This document shows, in pieces, positions 38,521 to 52,704 of a stretch of 64,000 bases of DNA. The stretch covers positions 93,496,001 to 93,560,000 of the forward strand of contig OZ024747.1 in the NCBI GenBank assembly GCA_964016885.1. The letters are read 5' to 3'. Source of the DNA: Eledone cirrhosa (taxonomy: Eukaryota). Position 1 is the first letter of the stretch; every line of letters begins with the position of its first letter. The notes under the pieces are model-generated. The model saw nothing but the letters and a program-made list of their open reading frames with translations. It had not been told where the DNA came from and did not search any database. The position numbers and the translations under genes are program-made.

Positions 38521-38625
38521 TACAGAGTGTCCCCAAAAAATGTATACACACTTTGATTATCTGTACAGGCAATATTTATTAGAATGCAGTTGAAGTATGT
38601 ATACATTTTTGGGGGACACCCTGTG
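38521..38625. mobile_element. Tc1/mariner-type MITE
   Basis: TIRs CAGAGTGTCCCCAAAAAATGTATACA / TGTATACATTTTTGGGGGACACCCTG, with TA on the left flank. Confidence 0.8.
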
Positions 38626-38749
38626 TATACAGACAAATATATAGGGTTGGTCAGATATTTTGAGTACACCAAAAGTGTGTTCTTGTCTCCAACATGGCAA
38701 ATCAGATTATGATTTTAGCCCAATAATATGAGTCTCATTTATACATAGT

Positions 38750-39345
38750 TTTTTACAGTGTAAGCTGGGTGCTTTTTGTTGTGACACCTACACAACCACT
38801 TTACAGTGTGGGCTGGGTGTTTTGTCGTGACACCTACATGACCACTTTACAGTTTGGGCAGGATATGTTTTGTTCACAGTGTAAGGGTGGTGTGGACAGG
38901 AGTGGGTGGGGGTATAATAGTTAAGAGGGATCTACTAGATGTATGTTTGAGAGTGCGCATGGGAAAGCGTGTCTTCTGTATTACTGCGCAATACCAAAGA
39001 TCTCAATCCTGTGTCATTGTCTTTGAGAGGTTCAGTTGCGCAAGGTCAACTTTTATTACCTCGTCCCAGGTCTTCCTGGATCTTCCTACTCCATAGCTTC
39101 CATCAATTTTGTTCGCCCTGCACCTTTTTATACAGCTGTTGTCCTTCATATGCATCACATGACCATACCAACACAATCTCCTCTCTAGCATACTGCATCT
39201 GATCCCTCTTATACCTAGTTTCTCTCTTAGTTCATTTACGCTCTGCCGTTCATGCATATTACTATTAAACATCCATCGGAGCATGCATGCTTCATTTCTT
39301 TCCAGTCTTCACAAGTCCTCTGTACACAGGGCCCAGGTCTCACTT
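38750..39345 (-). mobile_element. RTE LINE 3' fragment (family of 1893-3060)
   Basis: ORF 39003-39284: MLRWM...RRLCWYGHVMHM...GRSRKTW, followed by 3' UTR subrepeats. Confidence 0.88.
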
Positions 39346-39997
39346 CTATGTAAAAACTTAATTGGGAAATTTATTGATGGTTCCTTATTATTATTAATTT
39401 ATGGGCCTTGTATTTTCGTGAAAGAAATGCTGTTCAAGACATATCCAAATATGCTGAAGATAGACTATTGTTAAAGAGCTAACCAGCATGTTACTAGTAA
39501 TGGAAAGAAATTGAACCTAAGCATGTTGGGATTTTCTTAACTAACATACCTGAAAAACATGTCAACAGGTGTCTTTGGGTCACACCTGAACTCAATTACA
39601 AGCAACGGTGGAAGGGCAAAGTCCTAGAGTGTTCTAGACCAACTTAGCTAGTAGGTTCTCACCCATATGTGAATGAGTAACCTTAAATATTTTTAATGTT
39701 TTATATTATAATTTTATATATTTCATGTTTTTATTAAATTTCAATTTATTCATTACATAACATTCTCACACCTTCCCCTGTTTTTATATAACTTTGTTTG
39801 CCCAGCCCCATATATATTGAAACACATATGGTTATAGCATATATTGTATAGAATGTGCAAGTCCTTGTGGTTAATAAAAGAAACAATTTTATTATTATGA
39901 ATATTATTATACTTATAAATTATTAGATAAACAGATGTTATAAACTGAAGAAACAATAGTTACAACAATTTTTTTCCAAGAAGAAAAAATATTTTAC

Positions 39998-40150
39998 CTT
40001 CTAGTTCTTCACTTTCAGCCATTGGAGCAGCTTTGGTGGTATTTCTTGTTATGTATGTGTGTTTGGTTATTTGTTTTATAAGAGTGAGACAGTGGTAGCT
40101 CTGGTCAACATGGCAGCCAGGGTTAGAGGAACCATTACAGCAAAGCAAGT
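39998..40150 (-). CDS. Exon with probable start codon (ATG at 40022-40020; MAESEELE + G)
   Basis: Acceptor TATTTCTGTTCATTACAG|AC and donor GAAG|GTAAAA; the phase-1 end joins the 16321 exon in frame (GAA G|AT ATC = E D I). Confidence 0.65.
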
Positions 40151-40639
40151 CTGTAATGAACAGAAATACTTGTTTTCAAAAGTAATTTGCTTTAAATAAA
40201 TAACACACACACACACTTAAACATAAACTCATATACATACATTCAAAACACACACACACATATATATACACTCAAACATAAACACAAATACACATACACT
40301 CAAACATAAACACACACATACACTCAAACATAAACACACAGACATACATACACTCAAACATGAACACACACACACACACATTCACTCAAACATAAACATA
40401 CACACACATACATGCATGCAGACAGTATACACACACACACACAAATAGATAAATGAATGATAATTTGTTATTAAAAATAAGCCACATATTGTGTCATTAT
40501 AATTAAGTTGTATTGTACCAGCACCAGATGTGTGTGTGTGTGTGTGTGTGCAGTGACAGCAGTGGAATAGCAAATTTTGATTGACCTTCACTCCATCTAT
40601 CTGTTGTCCCATTACTCTCTCTCTCTCTCTATATATATA

Positions 40640-40825
40640 TACACGACAAAACGCCCAGCCTACACTGTAAAGTAGTCATGTAGGTGTCACGACAGAAAGC
40701 ATGCAGCCCACACTGTATAGTGGTCGTGTAGGTGTCATGACAAAAAACACCCAGCCCACACTGTATAGTGGTTGTGCAGGTGTCATGACAAAAAGCACCC
40801 AGTCCACACTGTAAAGTGGTCGAGG
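40640..40825 (+). mobile_element. RTE 3' UTR subrepeat array (about 4 units)
   Basis: Repeated GACAAAAA..CACCCAGCCCACACTGTA.AGTGGTCGTGTAGGTGTCAT. Confidence 0.75.
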
Positions 40826-40899
40826 GCATGCCTGGAATGTTTCTTCCTGGCTAACTCATAGCTTTACTGTCACAAGCTACATGATGTCCTCTCAGCTCT

Positions 40900-41142
40900 C
40901 AAAGCAGGAGACTCTCAGTGATTTCTTCATTTTGGGGAACAACCAGGAGACAAAAGGAGCCATGCCTGGAGAGTGAAAGTGAGTGAAATGCCTTGCTTTT
41001 CAAAGAAACCTTGGGTTAGCTGTAACAAATGAGCCAGGGCATTGTCATGATGCAGTTGCTAGTTTTGTGAGGTCCAGGGATCTGGTCTCTTGCAATGAAC
41101 TGTATCACAAAGATCAAAGGATTTCCTGATAGTAATCCTCAA
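40900..41142 (-). mobile_element. Mariner transposase remnant
   Basis: Minus strand: DYYQEIL...KRPDPW...LHHDNALAH...HSPGMAP...WLFPKMK, degenerate forms of LHHDNAPAH and YSPDLAP. Confidence 0.75.
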
Positions 41143-41344
41143 AAAATTTGATGTCACCCTCAATATAAAAATATGTTTGATGCTAAAAATTATATAATGT
41201 AAAATTTAGAAATTTACCCCTAAAAAAGTTTCAAATTACCACCCAAATCGTCCTGTACCACACCAAACTGTATTAGCAAGACATTCTTGAGAAATATAAA
41301 AGCATTACATTAAAAATTCAAATCTTTACTTAAATTTATATGTG

Positions 41345-41860
41345 AATACTGTGAATTTTAACAATGAGGACGACTTGTTAAATTCCGACATCACACACTT
41401 ACACCTCTCCAAGACAATGTCACTGGACCAAGATCTTTGGCGATACACAGTAATACAGAAGACCTGCCTTGCCTAAATACAAAACAAAACCTACAGTCAG
41501 TAGGCACCTCTAACAAAAATACACCCCGGCCCCACTACCCCCACCCCATCCACACCACCCCTTCCAATGTAAAGTTATGTTGGTACCACAACATCCAGTC
41601 TGAAACAAATGAGGGCGTGTAGGTGTCATGACAAAAAAACACACAGTCCACGCTGTAATGTGGCCGTGTAGGTAACACAGTAAAAACCTCCCAGTCCACA
41701 CTGTAAACGTGGTTGGTGTTAGGAAGGGCATCCAGCCGTAGAAAACCCGCCAGACAGTCCTATACGAGCAGGACAACCAATCTTGCCTCAAGTGGGAAAA
41801 TTCCCGTCTAAACCCATGCTAGCGTGGAAGATGGGCGTTAAACGATGGTGATGATGATGA
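41345..41860 (+). mobile_element. RTE 3' UTR/tail fragment
   Basis: GGAAGGGCATCCAGCCGTAGAAA...CCCATGCTAGCGTGGAAGATGGGCGTTAAACG(ATG)n. Confidence 0.8.
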
Positions 41861-42847
41861 CCTGTCCAGTAGTAAAGATACCATGTATTATACATTTGAA
41901 TTAACTAGGTTGTTTTTTAGATATTTCTTCCTAAATCATTACAGGAAGCTAAGAGTTAAAATTGATTCCAGTGTGACATGCACTCCAGTGTTCATAGTCA
42001 CTGCTTTAGTTCTTCCATGTAGGACAGACAAGTGTGGAAGGCATGATATAATGTAACCAGTCCATACTGTATGACAATGCACAACAGGTTCTGAAAGGTC
42101 AGTAACTATAAATAAGAGCTGAGTCAGACCACAGTGACCTTTCCTTTCCAACCCACGCCAACATGAAAAGCAAATATAAAATGAGTATAAGGAGGAAGAG
42201 GAAGATATGTTAACTTATTTCACTTTCTAACTATTTATCTAGCTTTCTATTCAATTATCTATCTTTTAGTAGTTGCCTTCTAAAATTATGTAATTATTTA
42301 TTTATTTATTTATTTATTTTTGGAGTCTATAGTATTTATGGCCCACTTGGAAAATGAAGTAAAACATCAGAATGTACAGAATGCATTTCTCTGGAGACAG
42401 ACATACAAATACCTCCCCTCAACAGCTGGAAAGTGGGACAAAGTTGATTAAAAAAAGAGAAAAAGTAACAAATGAGAAAAGCACAAAATATGCTACAAAT
42501 TTGGTTACTGAGATGGTAGGTATCTTTGAGAATAAGCATAACCACTCAAGCAGAAACTGGCATGAGTTTTACATTTTTTAATGCAGTTTGGATGAAAGAT
42601 CTTTTGGCCTACATTTAGAATAATAACCAGCAAATATAGGTTGCCTATATTTACTAAATTAAAGGGTCACATATTAACATAAACAATAGGATTCAAAGGA
42701 GGAGTCTCTACATTCTTGTTTCACCTGCTAAGATTAGCAACAAATCTCACTCTACCATTTAAAAAGAAGACATAGTGAATAGTGTAGTCATAGTACACTA
42801 TGTCTGAATGAAAGGTGAGATAGTCACATTTAGAATGTCATTGATCA

Positions 42848-43068
42848 TTGGTTTCTGATTTAGGCACAAGGCCAACAATTCTGAGAGAGAGGGAAAATCG
42901 ACTAAATCAACCCCAGTGATTTACTGGTACTTTATTTTATCGACCCCATAAGGATGAAAAGCAAAGCTAACCTTGCCAGGATTTGAACTCAGATCATAAA
43001 GTGCCGTAACTCTATGCCATAAAGCATATTGTCTGACACACCCCCGATACTGCCAAACTCTACCAGCC
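42848..43068 (-). mobile_element. Nin-domain-type tRNA SINE
   Basis: Family sequence as at 18908. Confidence 0.8.
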
Positions 43069-43254
43069 ATTGATCGTTATTAGTCTGCTTGATTAAGTTT
43101 AACCTGAACTGAAATAACAACAGCTACACACACACAGACACCCATCTATGTACGGAAGAGTATTTAGCTGTAGAAAGATTGCCAAAGGGTCGGAAGGGCT
43201 CTTCAGTTGTTGTGTCAAAGACACAACAACCTCTCTAGTATCAGTGATCTACAC

Positions 43255-43607
43255 CAGAGGTTCTCAAAGTGGGTGCTACGCCCCCTCCTCCCAGGGGGCA
43301 TTGAGAAGGTCCAGTGGGGCGCTGGAGCCTAAGGGGCCGTTGGGGGTGGTAGAGATGATATAATAGTATATCAAATATCAAGTGATACATATATATAAAT
43401 ATAGTAAAATAAAAAACACATAATATTCATTTATACATAGTATATATTATATTATTTATTATATATTAATTAACAATTTTATTTATTATATATTATTTAC
43501 AATTTCCATGTAGGCAGGTCTCTCTGGAAATAGAGGTGGGAGGGAGGGCTGAGGGTATTATATGTCCGTGAAATGGGGCGGTGGACCAAAAAGTTTGAGA
43601 ACCTCTG
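43255..43607. mobile_element. hAT (Charlie/MER5-like) MITE with TSD
   Basis: Perfect TIRs CAGAGGTTCTCAAA / TTTGAGAACCTCTG; 8-bp flanks ATCTACAC / ATCAACAC. Confidence 0.85.
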
Positions 43608-43656
43608 ATCAACACGGTAAACATACCTAGTATGGTAGTGGTGGTGGTAGTAGTAA

Positions 43657-43693
<37 letters not shown>

Positions 43694-44595
43694 GGTGGAG
43701 GAGGAGGAGGACGTGAATATAGATTCAGTAATGAATTAGTTGCTTTAGTATTTTATGAATAATCAATACCTACAAAATTTATGTAATGTTAGAATAAACA
43801 ATTTTGTAACTAACACACACACACACATATGCATACACACACACACACATACTTACACACACCAACAGAAAACCATCTGGAGGGTGGTATATATGTTAGT
43901 ATATATAAAATACATAAAAACATTGACACACACATACACACCCATACACATACACCAACAGAAAACCATCTGCGGGTGGTATATATGATAGTATATATAA
44001 AATATTTAAAAAAACGTTGACAGTTACTTGTTAAACTAGGAAGGAACTGTCAACATTTACATAATAAAATATTTAAACTCTACACCTAATTCCTGAGAGG
44101 GTTGAAGAAGATTCTACACCTAGCTTGTTCAATTAACCCTTTTGATACCAAACTGCCTGAAACTGCTTTGGGTGTTACAACAATAAAACATTGCTTTAAA
44201 GTGTCTATATTTACCAAAAAGCCACTCATCATCATTTTATGTAAGAATCTGGATTCTTATAGAATTCCAATTATTTTCATTAACATATTTCTAATAAAAG
44301 ACACGACCTATATGTTTCAATTAATTTTGAAAATAATCAAGAATTTTGAGGAATTTAGTAATATAACCTACTACATGTTTGTTATTAAGCAGATGTTCAA
44401 AGTATTACTTAAAAAAAAAACAGTTCTTAGTTAAAATTATGATGAAAAGTTTTAATATAAATATAAACACTTTAAAATGAGCAGTTTTGTATTATAAAAA
44501 GAAGTGTGGTTTCAGGTGGTTTAAGGTAGATTGGCATCAGAAAGGGTCAACTACTGCCCTTTTCTATGGTACATGTTCTGCTGGGTTCAATGGAC

Positions 44596-44683
<88 letters not shown>

Positions 44684-47600
44684 GCGAGAGAGAGAGAGAT
44701 TTTAGTCAGGTATAGCTGGGGCAAGTGCTGGGTGGCATGATATTAAGTGTAGAACTTTTAGCTACCATCTGACAACTTATCAACTACACCAGCTGCGACA
44801 CAGATACACACAAACACAGAGTCACATACAAAAAATGGCTCCTATGCCTGCTGTTCAATCAACCAAACTACCTATTCATTGAACTATAGTATAAGTGGCC
44901 AAAGTATTACACAAACATATGTTTCTTTACTGTAATACCCAGGTAAAATCAGTATGACTGAGTGTGTCAAAGCTGGCTTTTTGAATTATATATTAAGTCA
45001 ATTTAATGGCCTTCCACACTGTTTCCATTTACCCACTTTCCCTCACAGGGATTAGGTTCACCAAAATGCAACACAGTGGAACTGAACAAGGGATCTCATG
45101 GTTGGGAATTGAATTACTTTACCAGTCAATCATGTCTGAAAACATACACATAAACAGGTAGATATACCATGCATACAAAAATACACATAAACACAAAAAT
45201 ATATACAAAAGCCTGCACAAACACATTGAAACATATATATGTAAATGCAGTTGGCATTAAGAAGGGCATTCAGCCATAGAAACCAAGTCAAAAACAGTTC
45301 TGCATGAGCAAGATACAATCACTAGATCCAACTTGCCTCAAATGGGACAACCCGTTTAACCAATGCTAGCGTGGAAAAATGGATGTTAAACGGTGATGAT
45401 GATGATGATGATGATGATATGCATGCACACCTAAGCACACACAGGAACACATACATATACATGTAGACAAACACATAGAAAAACATATTCAGAAACAAAT
45501 AGTGATATAAGTTCACTTTAACACACATACAAACATATAAAAGCAAGCACTATAATGAGAACAGTACTAAATTGTTTTCCAGCCTTTCGATATATCAAAT
45601 CTATAAATAAAAGGACACTTTACAATAAAATGTCTCTGCAATTGATGCCATTTGAAACATTCACTGATGGTATTTGGCAACTATCAGAACACATGTAGTT
45701 TATTATCTAGAACATTCCACTTCTCTACTGATGAGTTTCATTGAAATATAAGCAGGTTTTTGTTGTTGGTGTTGTTATGGAAGACAGAACTTCAGAAATA
45801 TACAGCTATCTATCTATGTGTGAATGTGTGTGTGTATGTGTGTGTGTATGTGTGTGTGCATGTGTGCACACATAAATATCATCATCATCCTCATTATTTT
45901 ATGTCCACTTTTCCATACTTGAAAAATTAGATGGTTCCTTTCAGCACAGCAACCCTCCACTGATTACATTCCTTCTATAAGCTCCACTTCACACTGTAAT
46001 GTGGATGGCATTAGAAAAGACATCCAGCTGTAGAAAACCAAGCATAAAACAGACCTGTATGAGAAAGATGTGGTCACCTGACTCAGCTAGCCTCAAAAAC
46101 ATCACAACTCATCTAACTCATCCAAGCATGCAAAATAGACATTAACCAATGATAATTATATACACATACACACATACTAGCATGGAAAACAGGGGTATGA
46201 TGTTCAGTGAATTACTGGTGTTGGTACCAAAGCAAACACTATGCAAAGGCGGAGTGTATATAATAGAAAAAAATAAGGAAGTTTTGTTTACATATAAAAA
46301 ATACTTCTTGTGTATCGACCTGTTATGTGTGTTTCACAGAGGATTGGCTCAAGGTCACCCATAGGAGTTACAGACCCAACTCCACTATCAATCTACTCTT
46401 CAGACTGGCGATGTGACAAAAAAAATATATCTTTTATATGTAAACGAAACTTACTCGTTTTTTTCTATTATATATATATATACATATATATCATCAAAAT
46501 TGTCATTTGTCATTTTACATCCATTTTTGGCATGGTTTCTATGGCCAGATACCCTTACTAATGCCAACTACAATTGTGGCACAGCACTAGAGTGATTGTT
46601 ATGTCCATGGCTTAATGTAGAGCTCTCTCTATTCTTTTGCCTGGTTTCTATGACCAGATGCTCTTTCTAAATGCCAACCACTTTATGAAGAGTATCATGT
46701 ACTTTTTATCATGGCACAAATGTCAGGGAATGTACCTTATCCCAAGCTGGACATGACCAATAATGAATAAGATGGTGAGTGGTGGTTAGAGGGAATGTTT
46801 TCAAAAGGATTACTTTATTCCAAGGTAAAACATGATCAAAAGTGGAGAGGTGTTGGTATGTATGCAACTAACTAGTTCAAAGGAGCATAGGCATTTATAG
46901 TAGATGTATAGGAGATCAGAGGGAGTAGTTAGAACATATGTGAGCTAGAAGTTGCAGTGTGTTTGTTGGTAAGAGAATCTTTGTAAATCAATTTTAACAT
47001 AGACTGGTATTTCTATTCAGGCTGAGACTAAAGACCATTCATAAAAATAAGGTTTAGAAAACATTTACATTTACACTGAGCAACTGGTTGAGATCAAGGG
47101 ATTGTTGTTTGTAAAGTAAATGGAGTTTATAAAGCTTGAAAAGTTAGAATAAAAATTATGCAGAATGAGCAAGAAGCATTTATTCATAAAATTATATTCT
47201 TCAATAGTTTTTGTGTATTCTAAGATTGTTAAACCATTCAACTATGAAATAACTAATGTTTAAACGTTTAAAAAATAACATAATACTACACAAAACCCAC
47301 TACACACTTCAACTCCTATCAACTAATGTATTATACAAAATACATATTGTTCATTACACCATACATGATAGCTACAACACAATAACAGATGTTGTATGAT
47401 CAACAGATTAACAACACAAACAGAAACAGCTTATACAAATACTGGTAAGCAATAAATCACAATATGTTGAAATTCTCACAAACTATTATAGACAAGTTGT
47501 AAGCTGGAAGAGAAGTTTAGAAGCAGATAGGCAAACACTTGTAATTTTTCTTTTAATTAATCTTTAACAGTGGTAACCAGCTCTCGGGCTCTAAGAATAA

Positions 47601-48411
47601 TGCTTAGTTATTTTTACTGACATAAACAAATACCCAGACATGTGTACCTATGTGTGTATGTGTGAGTGTGCTTGCATGAAATGGTGCCATGATAAAATGC
47701 ACCTGTAAAGTGGTTGGCATTAGAAAGAACATCCAGCTGTAGAAACCGTATCAAAAATTAAATGTATGAGCCAGACATATCTGACCCATCCAGTCTCAAC
47801 CTGTCCAACCCAATCCAGCATGGAAAGCAGACATTAAATGACGATGATGAGAAGAAGAGGAAGGTGTAAATGATGGATGGTGATTCATTGCTATAAGCAC
47901 CTTTTGAGTTCCATGTCTTTTTTCTGTTACTGATATATTGTTGCTTCTCCTCCCCACTTACACACACTCCACCTGTCATGGGCTCTACAGGTGGCTTTTA
48001 AGGCCAGCTGTTGACCATGGCTTTTAAGACCAGCTGATCTTACAGGTGTGTGGTACAATCTTACGAATTTATTTTCTTGATTACTATAGGTATGTGACAT
48101 GTTTATGTGTCTTGTTGAACTTGATTTTACAGAGATTTCAGTACATGTCTGCCTCTCATGTGGTTAATCAAGCCAGCTCCAAACAAACAACAGGGTATCA
48201 AACCACAAGGTATAAAAACAGTGTATGTATGTTAACCCTTTTCATATCAAACTGCCTTAAACAGCTCCTGATTTTACATTACAAACTATTTATTTTAATG
48301 TGTTTATATTTATCTAAAAATCTTCCATCATGATTCCACGTAAGAACCTATGTTAAGTTATGCTCCAAACACCAGCTTAACTCTTAACATCCTGTAAGCA
48401 TAGAACAAACT

Positions 48412-48646
48412 ACTTGCATCAGTTGTTAGCTGCTGAGACACTGCATCCTTTAAAACCTCCATGCTTCCTGAAATTCGCCAACACTACACCTGGTATTCCT
48501 CCTCCATACACACGCACGCATCTATATCATGATTCATACACTGTTCACTTTCCTGACATTTGTACATTATTCTATGTACTATACATGCACCTTTGATGAG
48601 TTGTAGTGCACCTGAGCACTGTACACAATAATTTCATTATTATTAT
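48412..48646 (+). mobile_element. Retroposon 3' end with (ATT)n tail, unclassified
   Basis: CATGCACCTTTGATGAGTTGTAGTGCACCTGAGCACTGTACACAATAATTTCATTATT; reverse copy at about 25910-26030. Confidence 0.65.
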
Positions 48647-49449
48647 TCTTATTAAAATATTTTAAAACAGTCTTGTTTATTCAAATATTTTTAGTATCTT
48701 TACTACTGGGCAGACCTTTATGGAAATTTGAAGAAAACTTGTTCTGGTCATTCTGTGTGACCCGATATCTCTTCTACTCAACCATAGTCATGTTTTTACA
48801 AATGTAGATAACGTAGAATAATTGTTTCTACTTTTGGCACAAGGCCAGCAATTATACCAGTGTATTACTGGTACTTTATTTTATCGACAGCGTAAGGATG
48901 ACAGGCAAAGTTAACCTCGGGAGAATAATGAGGACTCTTTAGTCTTGCAGGGTACAAGGCAACCTCAATAGTACTAGTGCCATAATAAAATGCAGCTAGT
49001 ACATTCTGTAAAGTGGTTGACAAAACAAAAACAGACAACGCTGGTGTCACAATAAGATCGACCCAATTTACCCTGTTAGGTGGTTTGTATTAGGAAGAGC
49101 ATGCAGCTGTAGAAACCATGCCAAAAATGGAATGTACGAGCGGCGAGACGTCATCTTCCACCCTATTTAGGATGACAGTGATTCCGAATAAGAATTGTCT
49201 CAGACAGTGACACACCGTCCGACATGTCAGCAACGAAAGTGGACGGGATGATGATGTATGTAAAACCAGATAAACAGACAGACGGACGGACGGACGGACG
49301 GACGGACAGACAAATAAACAGATAGATAAACTGTGTGCATTGGCATGCCTTCAAAGATGCCTGGAAACAGACATATAAACATATATATATATACGTACAC
49401 TTAAGTCTGGAAGCAGACATATAAATACATATATATACATACACATAAG

Positions 49450-49511
<62 letters not shown>

Positions 49512-49557
49512 GAAAAGTATAGAAATTGTTGTAGTGAGAAGCTAACAGTATTCCATA

Positions 49558-49588
<31 letters not shown>

Positions 49589-50073
49589 GTGAGAAGAGGT
49601 AGACAGAGAGAAGTAGGAAGAGGAAGACAGAGAAAGACGGAAGCAAAACACATGTCGATGCATAACGAAAGAGAAAAATAAACATATAAAAGATTGCATG
49701 GCTGAGATGAGAGGTTTTTTGTTTTTGTTATTTTAATAAAAAATAATTAACTAGAATAAAATAAGAGAAAAGTGTTAAGTTCTTTAACCTGTGTATGTGT
49801 GTGTAGTTAATTGTTATTCTTCTATTTGTTAGTGTTCTATTGAGTTAATTTAGCTTACTAGTGCCTTTATAATTCATGTCGTTCAAATTTTATTAGTTAC
49901 ATGTGTTTGTGTATGTATGTTTGCCTGAGTGTGTATGTGTGTGTATATATGTGTGCGTTTGCCTGAGTGTGTGAGAGGAAGTGTGCGTGTGTGTGTGTAC
50001 GTGTTTGTGTATATATGTGTTTGTGTGTGAGAAAGAGAGCGTATGTAAGAGTTTGTGTGCATGTGTATGTGTT

Positions 50074-50132
<59 letters not shown>

Positions 50133-50630
50133 TAGTGTATGTATGCATTTGCCTGAGAGAGTATGTACGTGTTTATGCATGTATGTGTGTTGGTGTGTAT
50201 GTGTGTACAAACCAATTTCCACTCCTCAGTTAGACAAGAACTAATTTGATCTTCTGATAAGATCGATGAATAAATCAATCACCAATCTTTTCATAACCGA
50301 AAGTATGTGAAGTTAGTTATGTCTACCCATACCGATAGATCGACCCATCGATTGAACAGGAAATGATCGTTAGTTACGGCTTTCATAAAGAGATGCATCG
50401 ATAGATTGATTAGTAAAGATGATTTAAACGAGAATGAGTGATTAGTTACGTCTTACTAAATACTTAAAGATCAATAAATAGATCACCATCAACCAATGCA
50501 ATTACGAGGGTGTGTGATTACGTGTTACGGTTCACTGATCAACTGTCCGATATATCGTTAATCAATCAGTCAATCACTATATAATCTTTAATGATACAGC
50601 AAGAGATAGAAAACTTGAAAACATACTCAC

Positions 50631-50800
50631 CGTTCTGTAACTAAACACCGTCAAATTGTTCCTGCCATTGTCATCATCACAATACCAATGCCGTATTAAT
50701 TTATTAACCGAATGCATTTAAATAGAAGCATAAATAACTGTACAGATATAGCTGTATATGTGCATCCTTTCCGATAAAATGTCGTCTGCAGATTAACGTT
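50631..50800 (-). other. Probable 5' (UTR/uORF) exon of the minus-strand gene
   Basis: Consensus donor AACG|GTGAGT at 50631/50630; unique sequence with CpGs; GCAGACGAC motif near 50782-50790. The 5' boundary is uncertain. Confidence 0.5.
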
Positions 50801-51040
50801 CACAAATTATGTGTGTAGATATAAGTATGCGTGTGAATATATACATATATACACAACCAACACACATTCACACACACATATATAAATATATATATAGAGA
50901 GAGATAGAGAGAGAGATGTATATATATATTAATCTAAACAAATAGTATCATGGTAGCAATGTGTGGTTCGCTCATCATTGGAACAGTGTCGTTTTTTCAA
51001 CTCCTCAACCAAAAGAGTTGACATACTCATGAAACATACA

Positions 51041-51079
<39 letters not shown>

Positions 51080-51082
51080 TTA

Positions 51083-51134
<52 letters not shown>

Positions 51135-51138
<4 letters not shown>

Positions 51139-51525
51139 CCAACGGTAAGAATCAGGCGCTAAAGGTCGCAAACTCCAACGAACTTGTAGCTATTCCTTCC
51201 TGCAATTACGACCGTCATCCCCACCGCTGTGACCAACTAGCAGTCTTGTCCAGTCATCGTTAGTTACCTCTTTCTTACTCGCTCGCTCATTCTGTCTCTC
51301 TCTTTCGCTTACTCTCTTTCACTTACACACGCACTCATTTCAAGAACTACAACCCTTCCCCCTCTCTCTTTCTCTCTCTACCTTATATTTACACTGCCTC
51401 TCTATCCATCTCACAAGATTACCGTTCCCATGGTGCACGCCCAGCAACAGTGTCTTTCATATTGTTTACCATTCCGATAGTTCCTGCCCAGCCGCCGCTC
51501 TTTTGGCCATTGTTTCCTTACAACA
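51135..51525 (-). promoter_or_regulatory. Candidate promoter/5' region (CpG-retaining unique sequence)
   Basis: Elevated CpG and non-repetitive sequence just upstream of the candidate first exon. Confidence 0.3.
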
Positions 51526-51559
51526 TCTATCTATCTATATCTATGTATCTATCTATCTC

Positions 51560-51940
51560 CCCAACAAGCTGATTCTTTTTTTCAAATACCACTTTGGAAG
51601 AAGAATCAGGATGGAGAGAGAGGTGCTGTACCCCAGCAAGTTTTATGAAAGGTGGGTGAAAGTGGCGTGAATGGGCCTTCTCTCTATATCAGCCTGTAGG
51701 TTGAGGAAAAGGAGGAGGAGAGGAAAGGAGTACAAACTCTTCCTACTCCTGGAGATGAGGGTTGCACATTTTTTCGGGGGTATGTGTTACCCATATAAAC
51801 TGTCTCCCTCTATTGGGGAAAATCGACTAATTTTTTAAATTGCATTTGTGATAATATTTTACATGTTTTTATTGTATGTAAACTTCCCCCTTTGTAGTTG
51901 TCCCCTTCTTTTGTGCCCTTGTGGCTAATAAAGAAACATA
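51560..51940 (+). mobile_element. Tx1-like LINE 3' end inserted in (ATCT)n
   Basis: FFKYHFGRRIRMEREVL...FYERWVKVA, T-rich 3' UTR, AATAAA near 51927, (ATCT)n on both sides. Confidence 0.65.
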
Positions 51941-52354
51941 TCTATCTATCTCTCTTCCTCTTTTCCTCCTGCATAGCTCTCATTCCAACACGACCCGCCT
52001 TGTCAATTGATGTTGACAATGAGAGAGAGGGGGAGGGGGAGTGAAGTGGACATGAGTGAGGGTCATCATTTAGTCGTCAGTGAGAATTTGGCACTAGTCG
52101 TAAATCACCGTTGACGTTGGTATCATCATCATCATTATCATCGTCATACATATAATCACCACCAGCAGCATCATCGTCATAAATATCCTCCTCAACCTCC
52201 TCTTCGTCATTATCATCTTCATTACCTACCATCATTGCTGTTGCCGTTGTCATCACTATCATCGTCATCAGCATGATCTTCCTCCTTCTCCTCGGCATCA
52301 TCATTATTATCATCATCATCATCTTATTTGTTGTCGTGGTCCACTGTAGAAATA

Positions 52355-52607
52355 GATAGCTGGGTTCAAATCCCACTGAGGTTAGCTTTGCCTTTCATCC
52401 TTACGAGGTCAATAAAATAAAGTACCAGTAATGCACTGGAGGTGATTTAATCGACTTTTCCTCTCCCCAAAATATTGTTGGCATTGTACCTAAATCAGAA
52501 ACCATTATATTCCTGGTGAGCAGTCAATTTATCAGAGTCGTGCGAGCGTTGGATATTTGTTCTGGGTCAGTGTGCTGTGAGTTCAAATCCTGCCGAGGTC
52601 CATTTTG

Positions 52608-52610
<3 letters not shown>
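52355..52610 (+). mobile_element. Nin-domain-type SINE plus a truncated second head running into (CT)n
   Basis: GGTTCAAATCCCACTGAGGTTAGCTTTGCCTTTCATCCTTACGAGGTC...; second B-box GAGTTCAAATCC near 52579. Confidence 0.75.

Positions 52611-52704
<94 letters not shown>

Noticed and set aside
45721-45756. CTGATGAGTTTCATTGAAATATA as a hammerhead
   Set aside because: No convincing stem II or stem I pairing.
48590-48625. TTGATGAG motif as a hammerhead
   Set aside because: No GAAA box or closing stems; it is part of a retroposon tail.
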